Shown: positions 52,701 to 64,000 of the stretch, one piece after another | Position numbering within the stretch: position 1 is the first letter of the stretch | Layout: the number at the start of each line of letters is the position of its first letter | Origin: Eledone cirrhosa | Lineage: Eukaryota | DNA: 64,000 bases | NCBI GenBank assembly: GCA_964016885.1 | Contig: OZ024740.1 | Span: 3,224,001 to 3,288,000 of the forward strand | Direction: 5' to 3' | The notes under the pieces: generated by a model | Databases searched by the model: none | The model's input: only the letters and a program-made list of their open reading frames with translations | What the model was told of the DNA's origin: nothing | Made by a program: the position numbers and the translations under genes

Positions 52701-55700
52701 ACTATATAGATCAGACAACACAGGCAGTCCAAGTTGTACCAAACTATATAGATCAGACAACACAGGCAGTCCAAGTTGTACCAAACTATATAGATCGGAC
52801 AACACAGGCAGTCCAAGTTGTACCAAACTATATAGATCAGACAACACAGGCAGTCCAAGTTGTACCAAACTATATAGATCAGACAACACAGGCAGTCCAA
52901 GTTGTACCAAACTATATAGATCAGACAACACAGGCAGTCCAAGTTGTACCAAACTATATAGATCAGACAACACAGGCAGTCCAAGTTGTACCAAACTACA
53001 TAGATCAGACAATACAGGCAGTCCAAGTTGTACCAAACTATATAGATCAGACAATACAGGCAGTCCAAGTTGTACCAAACTATATAGATCAGACAATACA
53101 GGCAGTCCAAGTTGTACCAAACTATATAGATCAGACAATACAGGCAGTCCAAGTTGTACCAAACTACATAGATCAGACAACACAGGCAGTCCAAGTTGTA
53201 CCAAACTATATAGATCAGACAGCACAGGCAGTCCAAGTTGTACCAAACTACATAGATCAGACAATACAGGCAGTCCAAGTTGTACCAAACTACACAGGTC
53301 AGAAAATACAGGCAGTCCAAGTTGTACCAAACTACACAGGTCAGAAAATACAGGCAGTCCAAGTTGTACCAAACTATATAGATCAGACAATACAGGCAGT
53401 CCAAGTTGTACCAAACTATATAGATCAGACAATACAGGCAGTCCAAGTTGTACCAAACTATATAGATCAGACAATACAGGCAGTCCAAGTTGTACCAAAC
53501 TACATAGATCAGACAACACAGGCAGTCCAAGTTGTACCAAACTATATAGATCAGACAACACAGGCAGTCCAACTTGTACCAAACTACATAGATCAGACAA
53601 TACAGGCAGTCCAAGTTGTACCAAACTACATAGATCAGACAACACAGGCAGTCCAAGTTGTACCAAACTATATAGATCATACAACACAGGCAGTCCAAGT
53701 TGTACCAAACTATATAGATCAGACAACACAGGCAGTCCAAGTTGTACCAAACTATATAGATCAGACAACACAGGCAGTCCAAGTTGTACCAAACTATATA
53801 GATCAGACAACACAGGCAGTCCAAGTTGTACCAAACTATATAGATCAGACAACACAGGCAGTCCAAGTTGTACCAAACTATATAGATCAGACAACACAGG
53901 CAGTCCAAGTTGTACCAAACTATATAGATCAGACAACACAGGCAGTCCAAGTTGTACCAAACTATATAGATCAGACAACACAGGCAGTCCAAGTTGTACC
54001 AAACTATATAGATCAGACAACACAGGCAGTCCAAGTTGTACCAAACTATATAGATCAGACAACACAGGCAGTCCAAGTTGTACCAAACTATATAGATCAG
54101 ACAACACAGGCAGTCCAAGTTGTACCAAACTACATAGATCAGACAACACAGGCAGTCCAAGTTGTACCAAACTACATAGATCAGACAATACAGGCAGTCC
54201 AAGTTGTACCAAACTACATAGATCAGACAACACAGGCAGTCCAAGTTGTACCAAACTACATAGATCAGACAATACAGGCAGTCCAAGTTGTACCAAACTA
54301 TATAGATCAGACAACACAGGCAGTCCAAGTTGTACCAAACTACATAGATCAGACAATACAGGCAGTCCAAGTTGAACCAAACTATATAGATCAGACAACA
54401 CAGGCAGTCCAAGTTGTACCAAACTACATAGATCAGACAATACAGGCAGTCCAAGTTGTACCAAACTACATAGCTCAGACAACACAGGCAGTCCAAGTTG
54501 TACCAAACTATATAGATCAGACAATACAGGCAGTCCAAGTTGTACCAAACTATATAGATCAGACAACACAGGCAGTCCAAGTTGTACCAAACTACATAGA
54601 TCAGACAATACAGGCAGGCCAAGTTGTACCAAACTATATAGATCAGACAATACAGGCAGTCCAAGTTGTACCAAACTATATAGATCAGACAACACAGGCA
54701 GTCCAAGTTGTACCAAACTATATAGATCAGACAACACAGGCAGTCCAAGTTGTACCAAACTATATAGATTAGACAACACAGGCAGTCCAAGTTGTACCAA
54801 ACTATATAGATCAGACAACACAGGCAGTCCAAGTTGTACCAAACTATATAGATCAGACAAACAGGCAGTCTAAGTTGTACCAAACTACATAGATCAGACA
54901 ACACAGGCAGTCCAAGTTGTACCAAACTATATAGACCAGACAACACAGGCAGTCCAAGTTGTACCAAACTACATAGATCAGACAATACAGGCAGTCCAAG
55001 TTGTACCAAACTACATAGATCAGACAACACAGGCAGTCCAAGTTGTACCAAACTACATAGATCAGACAATACAGGGAGTCCAAGTTGTACCAAACTATAT
55101 AGATCAGACAACACAGGCAGTGCAAGTTGTACCAAACTACATAGATCAGACAATACAGCCAGTCCAAGTTGTACCAAACTATATAGATCAGACAACACAG
55201 GCAGTCCAAGTTTTACCAAACTACATAGGTCAGACAACACAGGCAGTCCAAGTTGTACCAAACTATATAGATCAGACAATACAGGCAGTCCAAGTTGTAC
55301 CAAACTATATAGATCAGACAACACAGGCAGTCCAAGTTGTACCAAACTACATAGATCAGACAATACAGGCAGGCCAAGTTGTACCAAACTATATAGATCA
55401 GACAATACAGGCAGTCCAAGTTGTACCAAACTATATAGATCAGACAACACAGGCAGTCCAAGTTGTACCAAACTATATAGATCAGACAACACAGGCAGTC
55501 CAAGTTGTACCAAACTATATAGATTAGACAACACAGGCAGTCCAAGTTGTACCAAACTATATAGATCAGACAACACAGGCAGTCCAAGTTGTACCAAACT
55601 ATATAGATCAGACAAACAGGCAGTCTAAGTTGTACCAAACTACATAGATCAGACAACACAGGCAGTCCAAGTTGTACCAAACTATATAGACCAGACAACA

Positions 55701-58700
55701 CAGGCAGTCCAAGTTGTACCAAACTACATAGATCAGACAATACAGGCAGTCCAAGTTGTACCAAACTACATAGATCAGACAACACAGGCAGTCCAAGTTG
55801 TACCAAACTACATAGATCAGACAATACAGGGAGTCCAAGTTGTACCAAACTATATAGATCAGACAACACAGGCAGTCCAAGTTGTACCAAACTACATAGA
55901 TCAGACAATACAGGCAGTCCAAGTTGTACCAAACTATATAGATCAGACAACACAGGCAGTCCAAGTTGTACCAAACTACATAGATCAGACAATACAGGCA
56001 GTCCAAGTTGTACCAAACTACATAGGTCAGACAACACAGGCAGTCCAAGTTGTACCAAACTATATAGATCAGACAACACAGGCAGTCCAAGTTGTACCAA
56101 ACTATATAGATCAGACAACACAGGCAGTCCAAGTTGTACCAAACTATATAGATCAGACAACACAGGCAGTCCAAGTTGTACCAAACTATATAGATCAGAC
56201 AACACAGACAGTCCAAGTTGTACCAAACTATATAGATCAGACAACACAGGCAGTCCAATTTGTACCAAACTACATAGATCAGACAATACAGGCAGTCCAA
56301 GTTGTACCAAACTATATAGATCAGACAACACAGGCAGTCCAAGTTGTACCAAACTATATAGATCAGACAACACAGGCAGTCCAAGTTGTACCAAACTATA
56401 TAGATCAGACAACACAGGCAGTCCAAGTTGTACCAAACTATATAGATCAGACAATACAGGCAGTCCAAGTTGTACCAAACTATATAGATCAGACAATACA
56501 GGCAGTCCAAGTTGTACCAAACTACATAGATCAGACAACACAGGCAGTCCAAGTTGTACCAAACTATATAGATCAGACAACACAGGCAGTCCAAGTTGTA
56601 CCAAACTACATAGATCAGACAATACAGGCAGTCCAAGTTGTACCAAACTACATAGATCAGACAATACAGGCAGTCCAAGTTGTACCAAACTATATAGATC
56701 AGACAACACAGGCAGTCCAAGTTGTACCAAACTACATAGATCAGACAATACAGGCAGTCCAAGTTGTACCAAACTATATAGATCAGACAACACAGGCAGT
56801 CCAAGTTGTCCAAACTACATAGATCAGACAATACAGGCAGTCCAAGTTGTACCAAACTACATAGGTCAGACAACACAGGCAGTCCAAGTTGTACCAAACT
56901 ATATAGATCAGACAACACAGGCAGTCCAAGTTGTACCAAACTATATAGATCAGACAACACAGGCAGTCCAAGTTGTGCCAAACTATATAGATCAGACAAC
57001 ACAGGCAGTCCAAGTTGTACCAAACTACATAGATCAGACAACACAGGCAGTCCAAGTTTTACCAAACTACATAGATCAGACAATACAGGCAGTCCAAGTT
57101 GTACCAAACGACATAGATCAGACAACACAGGCAGTCCAAGTTGTACCAAACTACATAGATCAGACAACACAGGCAGTCCAAGTTGTACCAAACTACATAG
57201 GTCAGACAACACAGGCAGTCCAAGTTGTACCAAACTATATAGATCAGACAATACAGGCAGTCCAAGTTGTACCAAACTATATAGATCAGACAACACAGGC
57301 AGTCCAAGTTGTACCAAACTACATAGATCAGACAATACAGGCAGTCCAAGTTGTACCAAACTATATAGATCAGACAAAACAGGCAGTCCAAGTTGTACCA
57401 AACTATATAGATCAGACAACACAGGCAGTCCAAGTTGTACCAAACTATATAGATCAGACAACACAGGCAGTCCAAGTTGTACCAAACTATATAGATCAGA
57501 CAACACAGGCAGTCCAAGTTGTACCAAACTATATAGATCAGACAACACAGGCAGTCCAAGTTGTACCAAACTATATAGATCAGACAAACAGGGAGTCCAA
57601 GTTGTACCAAACTACATAGATCAGACAATACAGGCAGTCCAAGTTGTACCAAACTACATAGATCAGACAACACAGGCAGTCCAAGTTGTACCAAACTACA
57701 TAGATCAGACAATACAGGCAGTCCAAGTTGTACCAAACTATATAGATCAGACAACAGAGGCAGTCCAAGTTGTCCAAACTACATAGATCAGACAATACAG
57801 GCAGTCCAAGTTGTACCAAACTACATAGGTCAGACAACACAGGCAGTCCAAGTTGTACCAAACTATATAGATCAGACAACACAGGCAGTCCAAGTTGTAC
57901 CAAACTATATAGATCAGACAACAGAGGCAGTCCAAGTTGTGCCAAACTATATAGATCAGACAACACAGGCAGTCCAAGTTGTACCAAACTACATAGATCA
58001 GACAACACAGGCAGTCCAAGTTGTACCAAACTACATAGATCAGACAATACAGGCAGTTCAAGTTGTACCAAACTACATAGATCAGACAATACAGGCAGTC
58101 CAAGTTGTACCAAACTATATAGATCAGACAACAGAGGCAGTCCAAGTTGTACCAAACTACATAGATCAGACAATACAGGCAGTCCAAGTTGAACCAAACT
58201 ATATAGATCAGACAACACAGGCAGTCCAAGTTGTACCAAACTACATAGATCAGACAATACAGGCAGTCCAAGTTGTACCAAACTACATAGGTCAGACAAC
58301 GCAGGCAGTCCAAGTTGTACCAAACTATATAGATCAGACAATACAGGCAGTCCAAGTTGTACCAAACTATATAGATCAGACAACACAGGCAGTCCAAGTT
58401 GTACCAAACTACATAGATCAGACAATACAGGCAGTCCAAGTTGTACCAAACTATATAGATCAGACAAAACAGGCAGTCCAGGTTGTACCAAACTATATAG
58501 ATCAGACAACACAGGCAGTCCAAGTTGTACCAAACTATATAGATCAGACAACACAGGGAGTCCAAGTTGTACCAAACTATATAGATCAGACAACACAGGC
58601 AGTCCAAGTTGTACCAAACTATATAGATCAGACAACACAGGCAGTCCAAGTTGTACCAAACTATATAGATCAGACAAACAGGCAGTCCAAGTTGTACCAA

Positions 58701-61700
58701 ACTACATAGATCAGACAATACAGGCAGTCCAAGTTGTACCAAACTACATAGATCAGACAACACAGGCAGTCCAAGTTGTACCAAACTACATAGATCAGAC
58801 AATACAGGCAGTCCAAGTTGTACCAAACTATATAGATCAGACAACACAGGCAGTCCAAGTTGTACCAAACTACATAGATCAGACAATACAGGCAGTCCAA
58901 GTTGTACCAAACTATATAGATCAGACAACACAGGCAGTCCAAGTTGTACCAAACTACATAGATCAGACAATACAGGCAGTCCAAGTTGTACCAAACTACA
59001 TAGATCAGACAACACAGGCAGTCCAAGTTGTTCCAAACTATATAGATCAGACAATACAGGCAGTCCAAGTTGTACCAAACTACATAGATCAGACAACACA
59101 GGCAGTCCAAGTTGTTCCAAACTATATAGATCAGACAATACAGGCAGTCCAAGTTGTACCAAACTATATAGATCAGACAATACAGGCAGTCCAAGTTGTA
59201 CCAAACTACATAGATCAGACAACACAGGCAGTCCAAGTTGTACCAAACTATATAGATCAGACAACACAGGCAGTCCAAGTTGTACCAAACTACATAGATC
59301 AGACAATACAGGCAGTCCAAGTTGTACCAAACTACATAGATCAGACAATACAGGCAGTCCAAGTTGTACCAAACTATATAGATCAGACAACACAGGCAGT
59401 CCAAGTTGTACCAAACTACATAGATCAGACAATACAGGCAGTCCAAGTTGTACCAAACTATATAGATCAGACAACACAGGCAGTCCAAGTTGTCCAAACT
59501 ACATAGATCAGACAATACAGGCAGTCCAAGTTGTACCAAACTACATAGGTCAGACAACACAGGCAGTCCAAGTTGTACCAAACTATATAGATCAGACAAC
59601 ACAGGCAGTCCAAGTTGTACCAAACTATATAGATCAGACAACACAGGCAGTCCAAGTTGTGCCAAACTATATAGATCAGACAACACAGGCAGTCCAAGTT
59701 GTACCAAACTATATAGATCAGACAACACAGGAAGTCCAAGTTGTACCAAACTACATAGATCAGACAATACAGGCAGTCCAAGTTGTACTAAACTATATAG
59801 ATCAGACAATACAGGCAGTCCAAGTTGTACCAAACTATATAGATCAGACAATACAGGCAGTCCAAGTTGTACCAAACTACATAGATCAGACAATACAGGC
59901 AGTCCAAGTTGTACCAAACTATATAGATCAGACAACACAGGCAGTCCAAATTGTACCAAACTACATAGATCAGACAACACAGGCAGTCCAAGTTGTACCA
60001 AACTACATAGATCAGACAATACAGGCAGTCCAAGTTGTACCAAACTACATAGATCAGACAACACAGGCAGTCCAAGTTGTACCAAACTACATAGATCAGA
60101 CAATACAGGCAGTCCAAGTTGTACCAAACTACATAGATCAGACAATACAGGCAGTCCAAGTTGTACCAAACTACATAGATCAGACAACACAGGCAGTCCA
60201 GGTTGTACCAAACTACATAGATCAGACAACACAGGCAGTCCAAGTTGTACCAAACTAGATAGATCAGACAACACAGGCAGCCCAAGTTGTACCAAACTAC
60301 ATAGATCAGACAATACAGGCAGTCCAAGTTGTACCAAACTATATAGATCAGACAATACAGCCAGTCCAAGTTGTACCAAACTATATAGATCAGACAATAC
60401 AGGCAGTCCAAGTTGTACCAAACTACATAGATCAGACAACACAGGCAGTCGTAGTTGTACCAAACTATATAGATCAGACAACACAGGCAGTCCAAGTTGT
60501 ACCAAACTACATAGATCAGACAATACAGGCAGTCCAAGTTGTACCAAACTACATAGATCAGACAAGACAGGCAGTCCAAGTCGTACCAAACTACATAGAT
60601 CAGACAATACAGGCAGTCCAAGTTGTACCAAACTATATAGATCAGACAACACAGGCAGTCCAAGTTATACCAAACTACATAGATCAGACAATACAGGCAG
60701 TCCAAGTTGAACCAAACTATATAGATCAGACAACACAGGCAGTCCAAGTTGTACCAAACTACATAGATCAGACAACACAGGCAGTCCAAGTTGTACCAAA
60801 CTACATAGATCAGACAATACAGGCAGTCCAAGTTGTACCAAACTACATAGGTCAGACAACACAGGCAGTCCAAGTTGTACCAAACTATATAGATCAGACA
60901 ACACAGGCAGTCCAAGTTGTACCAAACTATATAGATCAGACAACACAGGCAGTCCAAGTTGTACCAAACTATATAGATCAGACAACACAGGCAGTACAAG
61001 TTGTACCAAACTATATAGATCAGACAACAGAGGCATTCCAAGTTGTACCAAACTATATAGATCAGACAACACAGGCAGTCCATGTTGTACCAAACTACAT
61101 AGATCAGACAATACAGGCAGTCCAAGTTGTCCCAAACTATATAGATCAGACAACACAGGCAGTTCAATTTGTACCAAACTATATAGATCAGACAACACAG
61201 GCAATCCAAGTTGTACCAAACTATATAGATCAGACAACACAGGCAGTCCAAGTTGTACCAAACTACATAGATCAGACAATACAGGCAGTCCAAGTTGTAC
61301 CAAACTATATAGATCAGACAACAGAGGCAGTCCAAGTTATACCAAACTACATAGATCAGACAATACAGGCAGTCCAAGTTGTACCAAACTATATAGATCA
61401 GACAACAGAGGCAGTCCAAGTTGTACCAAACTATATAGATCAGACAACACAGACAGTCCAAGTTGTACCAAACTATATAGATCAGACAACACAGGCAGTC
61501 CAAGTTGTACCAAACTACATAGATCAGACAATACAGGCAGTCCAAGTTGTACCAAACTATATAGATCAGACAATACAGGCAGTCCAAGTTGTACCAAACT
61601 ACATAGATCAGACAACACAGGCAGTCCAAGTTGTACCAAACTATATAGATCAGACAACACAGGCAGTCCAAGTTGTACCAAACTACATAGATCAGACAAT

Positions 61701-64000
61701 ACAGGCAGTCCAAGTTGTACCAAACTACATAGATCAGACAATACAGGCAGTCCAAGTTGTACCAAACTATATAGATCAGACAACACAGGCAGTCCAAGTT
61801 GTACCAAACTACATAGATCAGACAATACAGGCAGTCCAAGTTGTACCAAACTATATAGATCAGACAACACAGGCAGTCCAAGTTGTCCAAACTACATAGA
61901 TCAGACAATACAGGCAGTCCAAGTTGTACCAAACTACATAGGTCAGACAACACAGGCAGTCCAAGTTGTACCAAACTATATAGATCAGACAACACAGGCA
62001 GTCCAAGTTGTACCAAACTATATAGATCAGACAACACAGGCAGTCCAAGTTGTGCCAAACTATATAGATCAGACAACACAGGCAGTCCAAGTTGTACCAA
62101 ACTATATAGATCAGACAACACAGGAAGTCCAAGTTGTACCAAACTACATAGATCAGACAATACAGGCAGTCCAAGTTGTACTAAACTATATAGATCAGAC
62201 AATACAGGCAGTCCAAGTTGTACCAAACTATATAGATCAGACAATACAGGCAGTCCAAGTTGTACCAAACTATATAGATCAGACAATACAGGCAGTCCAA
62301 GTTGTACCAAACTACATAGATCAGACAACACAGGCAGTCCAAGTTGTACCAAACTACATAGATCAGACAACACAGGCAGTCCAAGTCGTACCAAACTACA
62401 TAGATCAGGCAATACAGGCAGTCCAAGTTGTACCAAACTATATAGATCAGACAACACAGGCAGTCCAAGTTGTACCAAACTACATAGATCAGACAATACA
62501 GGCAGTCCAAGTTGTACCAAACTATATAGATCAGACAACACAGGCAGTCCAAGTTGTACCAAACTATATAGATCAGACAATACAGGCAGTCCAAGTTGTA
62601 CCAAACTATATAGATCAGACAACACAGGCAGTACAAGTTGTACCAAACTATATAGATCAGACAACAGAGGCATTCCAAGTTGTACCAAACTATATAGATC
62701 AGACAACACAGGCAGTCCATGTTGTACCAAACTACATAGATCAGACAATACAGGCAGTCCAAGTTGTACCAAACTATATAGATCAGACAACACAGGCAGT
62801 CCAAGTTGTACCAAACTATATAGATCAGACAACACAGGCAGTCCAAGTTGTACCAAACTACATAGATCAGACAATACAGGCAGTCCAAGTTGTACCAAAC
62901 TATATAGATCAGACAATACAGGCAGTCCAAGTTGTACCAAACTATATAGATCAGACAATACAGGCAGTCCAAGTTGTACCAAACTATATAGATCAGACAA
63001 TACAGGCAGTCCAAGTTGTACCAAACTACATAGATCAGACAACACAGGCAGTCCAAGTTGTACCAAACTATATAGATCAGACAACACAGGCAGTCCAAGT
63101 TGTACCAAACTACATAGATCAGACAATACAGGCAGTCCAAGTTGTACCAAACTACATAGATCAGACAACACCAGCAGTCCAAGTTGTACCAAACTATATA
63201 GATCAGACAACACAGGCAGTCCAAGTTGTACCAAACTACATAGATCAGACAATACAGGCAGTCCAGGTTGTACCAAACTACATAGATCAGACAACACAGG
63301 CAGTCCAAGTTGTACCAAACTACATAGATCAGACAACACAGGCAGTCCAAGTTGTACCAAACTATATAGATCAGACAACACAGGCAGTCCAAGTTGTACC
63401 AAACTACATAGATCAGACAATACAGGCAGTCCAAGTTGTACCAAACTACATAGATCAGACAACACAGGCAGTCCAAGTTGTACCAAACTACATAGATCAG
63501 ACAACACAGGCAGTCCAAGTTGTACCAAACTACATAGATCAGACAATACAGGCAGTCCAAGTTGTACCAAACTATATAGATCAGACAACACCGGCAGTCC
63601 AAGTTGTCCAAACTACATAGATCAGACAATACAGGCAGTCCAAGTTGTACCAAACTACATAGGTCAGACAACACAGGTAGTCCAAGTTGTACCAAACTAT
63701 ATAGATCAGACAACACAGGCAGTCCAAGTTGTACCAAACTATATAGATCAGACAACACAGGCAGTCCAAGTTGTACCAAACTATATAGATCAGACAACAC
63801 AGGCAGTCCAAGTTGTACCAAACTATATAGATCAGACAACACAGGGAGTCCAAGTTGTACCAAACTATATAGATCACACAACACAGGCAGTCCAAGTTGT
63901 ACCAAACTACATAGATCAGACAATACAGGCAGTCCAAGTTGTACTAAACTATATAGATCAGACAATACAGGCAGTCCAAGTTGTACCAAACTATATAGAT
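34737..64000. repeat. 42-bp satellite array, more than 29 kb, ~700 monomers, runs off the window
   Basis: Consensus GATCAGACAA(C/T)ACAGGCAGTCCAAGTTGTACCAAACTA(C/T)ATA. Highly homogeneous, with 14-aa periodicity in the ORF track. Confidence 0.99.

Noticed and set aside
34685-63989. Very long ORFs (up to 1675 aa) such as (LGLPVLSDLYSLVQ)n, (WYNLDCLCCLIYIV)n, (QAVQVVPNYIDQTT)n and (SDNTGSPSCTKLHR)n
   Set aside because: The 42-bp unit is a multiple of three and has no stop in four of six frames. ORFs overlap on both strands, and 1-bp deletions that switch frame are freely propagated, so there is no sign of coding selection.

Overview
Animal (eukaryotic) genomic DNA, AT-rich and full of microsatellites. 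The repeat types resemble coleoid cephalopod (octopus-like) DNA, which is an inference. About 53 of the 64 kb is two giant tandem arrays: a 35-bp satellite (5318-29459, about 690 monomers) and a 42-bp satellite (34737 to the window end, about 700 monomers, with kb-scale higher-order duplications). All the very long ORFs in the track come from the 42-bp array and are not credible genes. The only host coding sequence found is one 146-bp minus-strand exon of an Epac/RAPGEF4-family gene (3991-4136), so most of the window is probably intron. The unique spacers contain a well-formed type I hammerhead ribozyme on the plus strand (4821-4900) and a 5'-truncated Penelope-like element (RT plus C-terminal GIY-YIG) inserted in (TA)n with a candidate retained intron. 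They also contain tRNA-derived SINEs, RTE-LINE fragments and TTAA-ended MITEs. Several tandem repeats can be traced to retroelements: the 48-bp minisatellite and a (TTAGGG)8 run grew inside a SINE, and the 42-bp satellite starts directly from a decayed LINE C-terminal zinc-finger region.
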